A model generated the notes under the pieces. It was not told where the DNA came from and ran no database searches. It was given only the letters and a program-made list of their open reading frames with translations. DNA of 63,230 nucleotides, the filler included, from Chiloscyllium plagiosum (taxonomy: Eukaryota), in assembly GCF_004010195.1 (NCBI RefSeq). It is 5 parts of one record of this genome, joined end to end, with 100 filler letters (N's around TTAATTAATTAA, not from the genome) between each part and the next. Parts side by side here need not be neighbours in the genome. Positions count along the whole stretch, not along the records: positions 33,668 to 47,328 come from NC_057711.1; positions 47,429 to 60,565 come from NC_057711.1; positions 60,666 to 63,230 come from NC_057711.1; 2 more parts are not named here. The stretch is one strand, 5' to 3'. The first letter of the stretch is position 1, and each line of letters starts with the position of its first letter. A program made the translations under genes and the position numbers. Positions 46,961 through 60,899 of the stretch are shown here, piece after piece.

Positions 46961-47145
46961 CGGGTGGGGGTGGGGGCAAACATTCTGTTTTATGTCAAAT
47001 AATATCCTCAGTATTTGTAATGTTTCACTGACATTTGGTTCCATTATGACAAAGGCATGTGCTGATTTTCCGATGCACCTGAGGGTCTCTGCCTCCTGGA
47101 CCTTTGGGTTTCATGTTAGCTGGTTTGGTGGATTGGTACTTGGAA

Positions 47146-47328
47146 CTACGATGTTGTGGCCATCACGGAAACGTGGATAGAAGAGGGACAGGAATCGTTG
47201 TTGGAGGTTCCTGGTTACAGATGTTTCAGTAAGATTAGGGAGGGTGGTAAAAAAGGAGGGGGGCTGGCGTTGCTAATTAGAAATGGTATAACGGCTGCAG
47301 AAAGGCAGTTCGAGGGGGATCTGCCTTT
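47146..47328 (+). mobile_element. CR1 ORF2 AP-endonuclease fragment
   Basis: Encodes YDVVAITETWIEEGQ..LLEVPGYRCFSKIREGGKKGGGLALLIR. Confidence 0.88.
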
Positions 47329-47428
47329 NNNNNNNNNNNNNNNNNNNNNNNNNNNNNNNNNNNNNNNNNNNNTTAATTAATTAANNNNNNNNNNNNNNNN
47401 NNNNNNNNNNNNNNNNNNNNNNNNNNNN

Positions 47429-47772
47429 AGTAGTCTGGCTGTCAGTTCGGAAATGCTCTTGATGTGTGGTCGTGTGGCTAGTCCTATTATAGGACAAGCC
47501 AAACAGAGAACAGCCAGGGAATTCCTAGAGGCATGGCACTCATCCACAGATTCTATCAATAAGCACATCAACCTGGACCCAATATACCGACCACTGCAAC
47601 GGACAGTTGGAACTGACAACCGGAAGCAGCAGATTCAAACCACTACAAATGCCGGAGGAAACATCACAGAAGCGCTTCACAGGAGGCTCCCAAGCACTGA
47701 GGATGTCACCTAGACTGGGGACGAAATGTCTGCAACACAAATTCCCAGCTCGGCAAACAGAACCACAACATC
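47429..47772 (+). mobile_element. Penelope (Poseidon-like) 3' end with an inversion junction at about 47484 and a hammerhead motif
   Basis: The + strand encodes IIGQAKQRTAREFLEAWHSSTDSINKHINLDPIYRPLQ. The - strand at 47429-47483 encodes GLATRPHIKSISELTARL. The HHR motif lies at 47694-47733. Confidence 0.8.
47694..47733 (+). ncRNA. Minimal type I hammerhead ribozyme motif, sense orientation in intron 1 of gene B
   Basis: The sequence is gca-CTGAGGA-T-GTCACC TAGACT GGGGAC-GAAA-T-GTC-tgc, with core boxes, helix II, helix I gca/ugc and a GUC triplet. Confidence 0.6.
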
Positions 47773-50514
47773 CCATGGGGTCTTGACTAGCAGAATGCTG
47801 CAGGCAGTAGCTCCAAACCAGCTTCAGGAACCCAAACAAAAATCATCCATCTTAGAGTCATAGAGGCAGACACCAGAGAAACAGACCCTTCTGTCCAACT
47901 TGTCCATGCTGGCCAGATATTCTATATTAATCTAGTACCGTTTGCCAGCATTTAGCCCAGATCCCTGTAAACCCTTCCTATTCATATATTCATCCAGATG
48001 CCTTTTAAATGTTTTAATTATTCCAGCATCCATCACCTCCTCTAGCAGCTCATTCCATACGTGTACCACCCTCTACATGAAAATATTACCCCTTAGGTCC
48101 CTTTTAAATTATGGAAGTATCTAGGACTAAGGGGTCATGTTTAAAAACAAGGAGTTGCCCATTCTAAGATAGAAATAAGGCAAATTTCTTTTATCCCAGG
48201 TTCATGAGTCTTTGGAACTGTTTTCCTGAAAAAGTAGCCCTCTAGATTCATCCCTTTCAAATATATATCCAGCTCTCTTTTTCAAACCGTCTATGATCCA
48301 CCTCCACCACTCTCCCAGGCAGCGCATTCCAAATCCCAACAACTCTGTGAATACTGAAGTTTCTCTTCATCTCACTCCTAGCTCTCCTGCTGACAATCTT
48401 GAAATTATGATCTCTAGTTACTGACTTATTAACTGTTGACTCTGTCTTTACCCTGTCAAAGTTGTTTATACTTTGGAACCTCAATGAAGTTGCCTCTTAA
48501 TCTTTCCTGTTCCAAGGAGATTAAGCCCAATTTCTCTAATGTTCCTTTGTTTCTAAAGTCCCTCATTCCTGGTATCATTCCAGTAAATTTCCTTTGCGCT
48601 CTCTCCAGGACTTTAACTTCCTTATATGATCCAGAATACAAAATGATGAGCATTTAATCACACTATCACCAGTTGAAATTAGTTATATTAATGAACCTGT
48701 TTGGACACGCCTCCTGCTATGACACACCTCCTGAGCAGATTGGGCTTACACTTGGACATTCTAATCCAGAGGCAGGAACGTTACACTAATTGCCTTCTAA
48801 TGCATATCACGTGGGGCAATTTTACCAATCCATCTGGCGGGAGACTGATGGGACAGAGTTGGCCAGCCAAGCCAATTCCAACTAAAACTTCAATGGGAAA
48901 TAAAATTAGGTGACCTGTAAAACAGATGGCTGATCTAACCTCAATCATTAACACTAAACAACTTGTGGAATATTTGACTTTCCAGTTTTAACTTGTTCTA
49001 CATTGGAGAATCTTCAAGATAAATGACTCGCATTCACATGGTGCCTTTGATGTAATAAATCAGCCCACATCTCTTCACATGAGTATTATCAAATAAAATT
49101 TGACATTGAGCTGCATAAAGAAATATTAGGACTCGTGATCAAAAGTTGATCGAGGGAATATGTTGTGAGGAAGAGGGAGATAGAATAATTCATAGATACT
49201 TCTGCTTATTTCTGAAATCTAAATCATGTGCTTTCCACACAGCCCTGAATATTTTGTTTAAATCTTTCCCTAATACTTTATTAAATGTTGTGTGTGACTT
49301 AACTTCAAAGGCCACCTGTAAGAATGCATTCTCTATTCTAATGAGCTCTTGTCCAAAAATAACTATTTTAAACATCTCTATTGAGTTTCTTGCCAAGTCG
49401 TCTGTAACAAGCTCAGGATGTTTTTGTTTGATAGTGGGAAAGCATCAACCCAACCTTAAATATTTGAGTAGTTATTGGGCGGGATTTTCCAAGGAGTAGT
49501 AATCTTTTGTTGCTCTACTGCAATTCATACTCCACACAAGACCACTACATTTCTGATAGGTGAATCTGATGAGAGCTCCTGCACAAATGTGGAGTTATAC
49601 TTGGTTCTGACAGTTCTCTTGTACTGCAGAATTGTGAGATTAATATGCTGGGAAGATAGGGTGCCAGGTAGAGATAGTATGAGGGGGCTAGAATGCAAGG
49701 TGGCAAGGGACCAGATAAATGATACAGTGTTCAGGATAGCTTAGAGTAACTGGGAGATTTTGGGTCCAGCAGGGAAAGGGTGCTGTTGGGTTTGGGAGTG
49801 TCAGAGGCAGATTATGTCCAGAGCAATGGGAAGGGTGGTGTTGGGTCATGGGGTGGAGTGGCTGAAGCTTGGATCCAGAGGGGATGAAGGTCTCATTAGG
49901 TCCAGAATGGGACTGGGGTATCAGTCCTGGGGAGAGAGAGGGGTTGTCAGAGTAACTATTTACTTAATTTCATTGGAACCCTCCACATTCTCTGATTGAA
50001 ATGGAGACATTTGGAGCAATTGTAGAGGAATTTCCTTCAATTTCTCTGGCAATTCCTCCAGTGTGTCTTGTAATGGAGACTCCACAGGGACCCCTTACAC
50101 AGCCCCTATCTATACTGGAATGACAGTATTGCCCTTCAAATATCTGGGCTATTAATTAAGCGATGATCAATGCTAAAAATATCTGCTAATACCTGACTAT
50201 AACATGCTATCAGGCCCAGCTGGATCTTCCCTAGCTAAAACACCAAACCACTTTTTGCAATTTATGCCACAATGATGGTCTAAATATTCGATCGTTGGTA
50301 GCAATCTCATTCATTTAAAATAATGTGTTGAAAACAAATCGGAACAAAATACCACAAAGAATTTATCAATTTAATAGTGTAAATGTATTTCATTGTTACT
50401 GGTTTGTTTTTAGTTGCTTTTTTTTACTTTGGATTTATGAGAATTAATTTTGTTTTTGAAGTTCCATTCGATCTTTCAAGAAAACGTTTGATCTTAAAAG
50501 GAATCTGACTACTT

Positions 50515-51243
50515 ATCGGCAAGGTCCTAGGGAGTGTTGCTGAACAAAGAGACCTTGGAGTGCAGATTCATAGCTCCTTGAAAGTGGAGTCACGGGTAGA
50601 TAGGATATTGAAGAAGGTGTTTGGTATGCTTTCCTTTATTGGTCAGAGTATTGAGTACAGGAGTTGGGAGGTCATGTTGCGGCTGTACAGGACATTGGTT
50701 AGGCCACTGTTGGAATATTGCATGCAATTCTGGTCTCCTTCCTTTCGGAAAGATGTTGTGAAACTTGAATGGGTTCAGCAAAGATTTACAAGGATGTTGC
50801 CAGGGTTGGAGGATTTGAGTTATAGGGAGAGGCTGAATAGTCTGGGGCTGTTTTTCCTGGAGCGTCGAAGGCTGAGAGGTGACTTTATAGAGGTTTACAA
50901 AATTATGAGGGAATTGATAGGGTAAATAGGCAAAGTCTTTTCCCTGGGGTCGGGGAGTCCAGAACTAGAGAGGGGAAAGATATAAAAGAGATCTAAGGAG
51001 CAACTTTTTCACACAGAGGATGATATGTGTATGGAATGAGCTTCCAGAGGAAGTGATGGCGGCTGGTACAATTGCAACATTTAAGAGGCATTTGGATGGG
51101 TATATGAATGGGAAGGGTTTGGAAGGATACGGGCCGAGTGCTGGCAGGTGGGACTAGATTGGGTTGGGATATCTGGTCGACATAAATGGGTTGTACCTAA
51201 GGGTCTGTTTCCATGCTGTACATCTCTATGACTCTCTATGACT
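50515..51243 (+). mobile_element. Young CR1 3' part
   Basis: A 121-aa frame reads ...LYRTLVRPLLEYCMQFWSPSFRKDVVKLE...RRRLRGDFIEVYKIMR, with a ctctatgact tail. Confidence 0.9.
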
Positions 51244-52674
51244 AGTGTAAATGTGTAAATAAAGATTTATGCCTTTTTACACAGCTGTTGAACTTGCAGA
51301 ATCTTATCAATGTATATTAGTGTTTGTTTGTGTGTATTTTATATCATATACATGTGTTTTGTGTATTACATAAAATCTCTGACCCCAACAAGGTGGCATT
51401 GCTAAAACATTTTTTCATCATTTCAGTGTTCATAGTTGAAGGATACCTTGTATCATAATATGTGTTGAAAGCAGGTTACTTATTCAAATCCAATCCATTT
51501 ACATCAGTTCAGTCACTTTATGATGTGTAATTCAGTTATGACTGAATATGAAGCTTTGTAGATATGGATATTCATAGGCTTTGGTTTTTCTTGTCCTGCA
51601 AGGATATTCCTGTCATTTCTGACAGAACATTTCTCATGTACAGATATCATGTTTCATGGCAGTAAAACATTCCGAGAACACTTTGCCACCCCTTCTGTAC
51701 ACCTTTTCATGACCTTGCTTATTGCCATGGTTACTGTCTTAGCAACAACTATGTAATTAGCGTGGACCTCTTCTGTGAGTTAGGGCATTACTTTTATTCT
51801 AAAATTGAATCTGTTGTGTATGTTCACATTCTTTGGTTTTAGTTGGCTGTACTTGTCTAACTTGCACTAAAATATTAGGCTTTTGATCAAAGGCTACGGC
51901 CTCAATAGTTACTTTCATGTATTTGCTTCCAGTCATTTAGACAAAAGGGCTAGACTGGTGTGTGCTTCTGATTAACTACCTACTTCAAAGTGCATTTCAT
52001 TGAGCTCCAAGCTACCCCTTCCATAGTGAAGTGTTCAAAATAGCCGTTCCAAAGCAACAGAGAGGCAAAAAAAATATTTGGACTTTGCAGTACCCTTAAC
52101 AACTTAAAAACTGCTCTCTCATGGCTCTCATGGCTTATTCGGTGATTAGCTAACCTGCACATTCAGACTGAAAATTGCCTAACCCATGAGCGGGGAAAAT
52201 GTAGGCTTACAAATAAAAAAAAGGCAGCATTACAGGGAAAGTATTTCGACAATGATACCGAGAGGGGGACAGGAAGGAACAGAATATACAAGGATATAAA
52301 AAGAACAGCAAATGGGGACAAAGGCAGAATAAAAGATAATAAAGTGAAAATTTATTTTTCTTTACATGAATGCATGTAGTATTCAGAATACAATAAACAA
52401 ATTAGCAGTATAAATAGATACTAATGTGTATTTTCTTTTGACCATTGCGGAGACACGGTTATAAAGGGATCAAAGTTAGGAACTGAACATTTAGTAGGGT
52501 GTGACGTTTTGAAAGGACAGGCAGGATGGTGTGGTGGTTCTATTTTAATATGAGATTGAATCAGGACTCTAGCAAGAATGAATCTTGAATCAGATGATGT
52601 AGAATCCATACAGGCGGAGGTAAGAAATAACAAGGGGAAGAGACATTGGTAGAAGCCGTCTGTAGGCTTCCTAA

Positions 52675-53243
52675 GTGTCATGTCCTCTTCAAGCCACATG
52701 CCAAACTGACTTGGAACTACATCACCATTATTTTACCTCTACGCTGTCAACATCCTGAGACTTCGTTCAGAGAGTGCTGCAAGTGCACTTACACCATGCG
52801 GACTATTAGCATTTTGATTTTATCTGAAATCAGAAGTTGGTTCGAAATCCCTTGCTGTAGATTTATTCCTGATATTAATCATTCCTGTTCATGCTTGCAG
52901 GGAAACTTCACAATAAAGTGATAAGTACATCTGCCTTCTGTTGGCAGGAGGTTTATCTTGTTTAGATAGGCCAAGTTCTCAATGCCTGAACAGATCAGCA
53001 AGGCTGATATACTTTGCTGGTCTGTATTGCGGTTTTTTTGTTCATGAAATACAGGCATTGCTGACATATTGTCAATCTTCAATTGCCTTGAGAAGATGAT
53101 ACTAAAGCAGCTTTCTTGAAATGCTAATAGTCTGCATGGTGTAAGTGCACTTGCAGCACTCAGGATGTTGACAGTGTAGAAGTAAAATATTAGTGATGTA
53201 GTTCCAAGTCAGTTTGGCATGTGGCTTGGAGAGGAAATGACAC
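52675..53243. repeat. Inverted repeat (arms 52675-52814 and 53119-53243) of a degenerate L2-like 3' segment
   Basis: The arms are reverse complements (aagccacatgccaaactgacttggaactacatcac ... gtgatgtagttccaagtcagtttggcatgtggctt), with a spacer of about 300 bp. Confidence 0.85.
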
Positions 53244-54208
53244 AACCCTTGGCCTCTGAAGTGGGTTTGGCCAATTCTGACAAAGGAACCTTGATGAGCG
53301 GCTATAGTACATCTCAAAGATGGAACACACTGTTAGCACTATGTAACGGAATTAATATTAAAGGTGCAGGATGTGATGCCAAACCAGCAGGCTGCGTTGT
53401 CCTGGATAGTGCCACTCTTCTTGAGTGTTATTGGAACTGCACTCAGCCAGGCAAGTGGAGAGAAAATAGGATAGTTAAGAAATTTTTTTATATTCAAAAA
53501 TCTTGGATTCTGTGTTGACGAGAGTGTTAACCTTCATTTCAATCTTAATGGCAAATGATCTTAAAAATTAGGATTGGAGAGTATTGAGAATTTAATTGAT
53601 AAACCATAGAGCAAAGTAAATGCAAGATGGCTTAAGCAACCCTCCTTGCTTTCCCATCCTGCCCACACTTGCTGTCTCCAGCGAGGAAGTATTTCTTTTG
53701 AAGGCCTTGGGGGCAATGCGAGTGGTGGGAGTCGAAGAGTGGAGAGGGAAGACAGAAAAGTGGACTTCAGGCCACTGTCAGAAAAGCCATGATCTTATCA
53801 AATGCCATAGCAGGCTTGAGGGGTTGGATGGCCTGCTCTTGCTCCTACTTTGTATGCAACCAGGAGGCAGCAGGATTTTTGTCCTGGTCGAGCCTTAATT
53901 TTTCAGAAGGCCTGATGCTGCCCAGGTGTTGTTGCCCTGTAATAGTGTCAGGCTACCCGGAAGAGTATGGTTTGAGCTTCCCATTGGCTTACCTATTGCC
54001 AACATTCATTTCCATTTGAGTAATGTAACTGCCCTACCTCTTTTACACCTGTTTCTATCTCACCTGAAACATCTTACACCCTGGAACACTTAGCTGTTCC
54101 TGCCCTTCTCTTAACAATGTTTCTGTAATAGCTACAACAGTATAGTCCCATTTATAATCCAGGCTGTAGGCTCATCTGCCTTACCTGTTCTACTCCTCAC
54201 ATTAAAAT

Positions 54209-54420
54209 AAGGTCATGAGTCTCACAACACCAGGTTATAGTCCAACAGGTTTATTTGAAATCACAAGCTTTCAGAGTGTTGCTGTTTCGTTACCTTCAAC
54301 AGATGACAAATGAGCAACACTCCAAAAGCTTGTGATTTAAAATAAACTTGTTGGACTATAACTTGATGTCATATGACTCATGACCTTGTCCACCCCAGTC
54401 AACACCAGCACCTCCACATT
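54209..54420. mobile_element. Penelope-derived foldback element (same family as 30195-30402)
   Basis: Arms 54209-54283 and 54313-54387 are inverted. The tail is ttgtccaccccagtcaacaccagcacctccacatt, and the duplication cacattaaaata lies at 54198-54209 and 54415-54426. Confidence 0.8.
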
Positions 54421-57400
54421 AAAATAGATCCACTTTTAACTGTCAGTACCACCATGTTCATTAACCTGGTCTTGCCTGTCCTTCCTGTGAGACTTACTTG
54501 ACTCAATGTTGACCTTCTTCTCAATCGCTCCATATGCTGACCTAGTGCTCTATTTCCCAAAACCCCCCGCCACACTAAAATCATACTTGCATACTATTGT
54601 ATATTAAAAATGCACATATGGAAGTTAATGTGGCCCATAGGAATCTTTCACCTACTCTCAAACAGATGGAAAACCCCACAAGTCCTGTTGAACTCCATAT
54701 CAGTACTTCCAATTTACATTCCCAAGTTCCAAAGAAAAGTCATATTTGTAAAGCCTTTCCTAGAAAGGAAAGCGGTGATGATATCAAAAACTATTTCTAG
54801 GGTGGCACCTATTGGTTCAATATTGGGTCCCCTTGATGATTGTGCTAGATATCAGGGCACTGGTTAATCATCTATTTAGCTTCCTGAATGTTTTCTTATG
54901 ACATAGTATTCCTGTAATATTTCTGTCAAATCTATGTATCACCTGCATGCTCTGTGTTAACAAAATGATTTGCAAAACTGCATGAATCACAACAAAATCC
55001 CAATTTTAATCAACTCACTAGTATTGCAGACACTTACTGATGAAATGATCAATATTAAGTGAAGGAATATGATCTGCATTTCATTTTGGAACAATTTCTG
55101 TTATTAGTTTCATCTTTGAGCTCCAGTCGCAAAACTTGCTAGCTCCATTGTGTAATCCTTAGCTCTAGTGATACAGAATTAACTAATCATTATATCTCCT
55201 ACTTACAGTGTAAAATAGAAAGACTATTTGGGAACAAGTTAATGTCAATATTCTGAAGCATTCTATTTCTACATCTGTTCCAGTAATGTATCTTACAAAG
55301 GGTAACAATACCCTCAAAATCTTTATAAACTCTGTAAATTCTCAGTTGTAATACAGGAAGACAAAAGAAGATTCCATTAATATATAAAACAAAACTAATG
55401 CTGAACCCTATGCAGCTCTATTGGAAATAACTGTTCAGTCAGAAAATTACCCATCACCCTTTGCTTCCTGCTGCTGAGCTATCTATGGCTCCAACTTGTC
55501 ACTTCCCCACAACTTTTTAAAAAATTTTCTGACTAGTCTATCACACAGGAACTCATCAAAAGCCTCATCAATATCTGTGCAGAATACATTTATCTGCTGC
55601 CCACTTCAATGTATGTTTAAATCTAAATAGTAAAGAGGCTAAAGATGTGTTCCAGTGGAATGTTAAAGGCTGCAGAGCAGTTGGCTGAATGCAGCTGCTG
55701 AGTGCAACAAAAAAGAAATAAAACTAGACTGAACTAACAACAAAAAAGTATAGAAGATGGAGGCAGAGATAATAAACTAATATTACTGAACTCTGTTGAG
55801 TCCAGAAGACGTAGAATGTCAATTCAAAAATGTAGTCCTGTTCCTTGAAATTGCATTGAGCTTCTTTGGAACAGGGTAGCAGCCAAATGATCCAATGCAT
55901 GTCTGACATACATTTCTGTACATGTAATTGAAGAAATTTTATGATGAAATGTGCCACTTGGAGCTGATCTAGGTACATTATTTCAGCAACACTGGGGAAA
56001 CTCTGAAAACAAGGTACTGATATTCCAGAAGTTTTTATCTTTTAAATATTAGCATGAAGCCTCATGTCTTCTTTTCTTGTTTCAACATGAAATTCAAATG
56101 GTTTGGTCACATTACTAAAAGCTATAATGCCAATGCCATTTTGTATCCAGTGCACCGACTGATTATGCTTAGGGCAAGGCTAAATAAATGCAAGTCTACA
56201 TACCAGATGAAAGTGGACCAACTTGTTTCAGTAAGAGCTAAGGCTAAGAACTGATATATTCATCATCCTGAATGATGTGAGTTTAGGTCATGATATACCA
56301 ATGTCTACCAAAATAGCATTTTTCATTAACGAGAGCTTAATTACATAAATTGCATTGAGAGAGCGAATGAAAAAGAGGGTACAATCATTAGGCAGATGCA
56401 ACATACCAAGGTGTTCTGAAACTGCAAGAATGACTACAGGTAACTATCAGAACCAAACATTATCAATTAATACAGTCAAGCTTTGATGTTTTAATTAACA
56501 AATGTTGTCACTGATCTAGTTTAGCAGCAGAATCAAATGATAAAGAATAAGGAAAAGCATTAGGATGTAGGAAATAAAGTGATACCAAGTTTGTAGCAAC
56601 TAAACATGGAGAGAAATATGAGGTGAGAAGTACTAATGTTAAATTTATTGCCTCTATTGAGAGGTGGCAACTGGGTTCCCAGCCAACTGTTGGTAAACCA
56701 TGGGAAGCTTACACCACATTCTTCCAGGTAGCTTGGTATTAATACAGAGCAGTGAGGCCTGAGCATCAATTCATCCTTCAGAATGGTAAAGGATAGGTTG
56801 GCTGAAAACCAGTTTTTACAGAAAGCACTTATCCTTAATTGGTATGAGTACATGGATATATTCAATATATTTTTAAAAGTGGGATTAAACAATGAAAACC
56901 GAACTGGCTAAATGGCCGCCTCCTGTGCTGTAATCACTGAATGATTCTACTTATAACAGCATGCACTTCCATGTCTCCCATAATCTCAGGAACTGCCTCT
57001 TAAGAGTTTGGCAGCTACTTTTATACACAATTTTCTTCTCGTCTTGTTATGTTTTGTTTTTCAGGTAGAAACAATATTTTTATTGTTGCAGTTTATGCGC
57101 ATTGGAACTGGGAAACCTGATGGTATATGCTCCTGACTAGGCACTTTACCATGTACAATTTGTGGATTGGTTTTAATGCAAAGTTGAGTTGGTTATTTGA
57201 GTGCCCTAAAAATGGGAAATCTCCTTACTTCTTTCAATATTTCCTTCAGGGAGTGAGGGGCAATAAGTGTATGAGGGACCAGGGTGGCAGAGATGTGGGT
57301 GATGGATGAAGATCACAGGTGGGTGAGGGTGTTTGGGTTGAAGGGGTGGTCAGGCCAGTTTGTTGGTCTCATGCCAGGTTGGATTAAGGAGTTGCCAGGT

Positions 57401-59857
57401 TAACAGGAATCAAGTTGATTGTCCACGAAGCACTTGGGTCAAGAGATGTGTTATGCTCCTAGGTGATGGCATTGCTGAATAGTTCAGATATCAGAGTGAG
57501 CCTGGGATAGGTCATACGTGTAATTTTTTTTAGATTAGTTAGCAAAATATAGACACATGAAGCTGCAGCTATTCTTTAACAATGGAACAAAAGTTTATTG
57601 CAGAAAAGAGAAAAAAAAATCAATTGGTACAGACGTAGAATACAATTTAGAAAGAAATAACACAAACATCTATGTCAAGTTTTAACATATTTCTCAATAC
57701 TATCTGTTGCAGAGACTCAATGCTACAAAGATTTTGCTCTTACCTTAACTCTACTTAACTGAGTCCTTTCAGTTTTTTTTATTCTTGAAGTGCAGATACT
57801 TTTGTAATTCCCTTCAGAATCTGCTGGTATGAGCCTTTGACAATTCTGATGGCCTAAATATTTTCAGTTTGAAGAATTTGAAACTTCTATCTCAAACTCA
57901 CCAGGCTTGGAAGCTTCACAAACTAGACAAACACAGCACCTTCAGTGACCAATGCTCCTGAACCTCCCCTCAAAGGCTAAGAGAGAACCTTCTTTTTTTT
58001 TGCGTTATGGATATGTTATGACATTCCTCTGCAGTCATCCCATTTTGAGATTGGATTTGAACCAAGATTCTATGTGCTAAAGATTGGAAAATTACCACTG
58101 CACAGCAGCATGTTTTTAACTATCTAAATTATATCTTGAGTATATTGTTGGGAATTATTCTCACTTGCTATTAATTTGAGTGCTTTCTTAAAAATGATAT
58201 TGTTTTATAGCCTAGGAAATGCAAATAATTGTTTTTTTAAAAACAGCACCGAGCCAATTCAGGAGAAGTAAAATCTAAAGATTTCTCACTAATCATTGAA
58301 AGTGATCAGAATGAGCTCTAGGAGATCAAGTGATCTTAAGCAACATACCCAACATTCCACCTATCTTCTGTACAATCTGATGTTAACCACATCAAGGAAC
58401 TTATTTAACATAATTGTAATTTTATTCCAACTTGCAGGGGCTTATATAAAGAAACATGAGTCAAGGTGGAATGTTTTACTAGGATTAACTGAAAACTGCT
58501 CCAGAAATTATATATATATGTATTAGTGGAAACAAATTAGTTCAAAGTAGACTGCAATTAATTACATGGTCCTTTAGGAAATAAAAGTAATCCTTAGACA
58601 ACCTAATTTGATCTTTGTCAAATGGAAATGTGCAGGGATCCAATGAGATTAATTAATTAAGGGATTACCATTTCATTTTTTCAATTATAAATGCACAAGA
58701 TTTATTTCTGAGATTATAGGTCTTTAAGAAATGTTCTTTTTAAAATTAATTGTGCAAATTGGTTGCTTAAATGTAGATTTAAATATTTGCATTGCAATAT
58801 TAATGTTACACCCGCTAAAGCCCATTTAATTAGACTGCTAACAATTGACAATCAAGAACACTGTCAGGGCAAAAACAGGCACATTTGGGCTCTTGGCTGC
58901 TTATATTCAGGTGGACTTGTGAACATTTAGTATAACTGAGTAAAGGGTACATAGAAAGCACTCAAGCTAATTGTGCAAAGATGTTACCATCAGTTTTCTG
59001 TAAACTGGTTAAGAGCCCAATATGCATATTGTTGTAGCTATGCACCTGTTTCAGGTGAGTGTGTTGCTCACTCATTTTTGGATCTGCCTAATCTACCCAA
59101 CCAAGAGTCTTGGGCATCAAAAAAACTGCAGAATTGCAATCTTTCTCTTCACCCTCTGCAAACCCTCAACCTCACAATTTTTCCCCACCCATTCTTTCAG
59201 ACAAAAACAGAAGTCACAAAGTTCAATGTTCCCCCTGAGTGTTGGCATGTCATTTGGGTTTGGCGATTCTTGCAGTAGATGGCCATCTTGAGCCAAAGCC
59301 CAATACTTAAATGTTTCTGTGAGGAAGCCACTGGGCAACAAAAGGAACTGTGAATCTTCTCTGAATCTTATTCCTTGTTTGTGAAGAAATTATATTGCAA
59401 AGTATGAAACATCTTCAAAACCTTTTGTTGAGTGTGTACTTCCTTTCTTAGCGAACCAAAGAACTAAAAATAATCAGAGTGAATTTAAATGAATAATAGT
59501 TGATAGGAATGTAGGAGTGTAGGAACAAAAGTAGGTAATTCGGCCTTTGAACCTGTTCCACCATTCAATGTGTTCATGGCTGATCTGTGACCTAACTCCA
59601 TATTCCTGCCTTTGGCTCATTTCCCTTAATATCTTTGCTGAACAAAAACTTAGCAATTCAGACTTAACATTTACAACTGATTTAGCATTAATTGCCATTT
59701 GTGGAAATATTTCTACCACCCTTTGTGGGTAGAAGTGCTTCTTATAACCTTTCCTGAATGATCTGGCCTAATTTTTAGACTATGTCCCCTCTAGCTCTAG
59801 CATCTCCAACCAGTGAAAATAGTTTATCGTTATTTACTCCATTTTTCCCTATTAATA

Positions 59858-60875
59858 TAGAGTCAGAGAGACGTTCAGCACGGCAATAGACCCTTTGGTC
59901 CAACTCATCATGCTGTCCAGATAACATAACCTAATCTAGTCTCATTTGCCAGCACTTGGCCCATATCCCTCGAAACGCTTCCTATTCTCATACCCATCCA
60001 GATGCCTTTTAAATGTTATAATTGTACCTGCCTTCATCACCTCCTCTGGCAGCGCATTCCATACATGTATCTCCCTTTGTGTGAAAAAGTTGTCCCTCAG
60101 GTCCCTTTAAAATTTTATCCCTCTCACCCTAAACCTATGCCCTCTCGCCCTGGACTCCCCAATCTTAGAGTCATAGAGCCATAGAGATGTACAGCATGGA
60201 AACAAACCCTTCGGTCCAACCCGTCCATGCCAACCAGATATCCCAACCCAAACTAGTCCCATCTGCCAGGACCCAGCCCATATCCCTCCAAACCCTTCCT
60301 ATTCATATACCCATCCAAATGCCTCTTAAATGTTGCAATTGTACCAGCCTCCACCACATTCTCTGGCAGCTCATTCCATACACGTACCACCCTCTGTGTG
60401 TAACAGTTGTCTCTTAGGTCTCTTTTAATTCTTTCTCCTCTCACCCTAAACCTATGCCCTCTAGTTTTGGACTCCCCCAGCCCAGGGAAAAGACTTTGTC
60501 TATTTATCCTATCCATGCCCCTCATAATTTTGTAAACCTCTATAAGGTCACCCCTCAGTCTCTGANNNNNNNNNNNNNNNNNNNNNNNNNNNNNNNNNNN
60601 NNNNNNNNNTTAATTAATTAANNNNNNNNNNNNNNNNNNNNNNNNNNNNNNNNNNNNNNNNNNNNAATTGTGACTCAGTATTCACATTGGCAACAATGTC
60701 CTGTTCCTGAGTGAATACTGACGAAAAGTATTCATTCAGTGTCTCCCCAATCTCTTCAGCCTCCACACGCAACTTCCCACTACTATCCTTGACTGGACCT
60801 ATTCCTACCCTAGTCATTCTTTTATTCCTGACATACCTATAGAAAGCCTTAGGGTTTTCCCTAATCCTACCAATT
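59858..60875 (-). mobile_element. Stacked CR1 3' ends (59858-60165, 60166-60565) and a CR1 ORF2 fragment after the gap (60667-60875)
   Basis: Two (agagtcat)-tailed 3' ends are present. Frames read RVVRVWNELPENVVEAGTIATFKRHLD and TRVGIGPVKDSSGKL..EIGETLNEYFSSVFT. Confidence 0.85.
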
Positions 60876-60899
60876 CAAGGCTATCTTGAATGGGAATAT

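Noticed and set aside
59030..59062. cag|GTGAGT strong donor as a possible SLC22 exon
   Set aside because: Upstream frames show no OCTN similarity.
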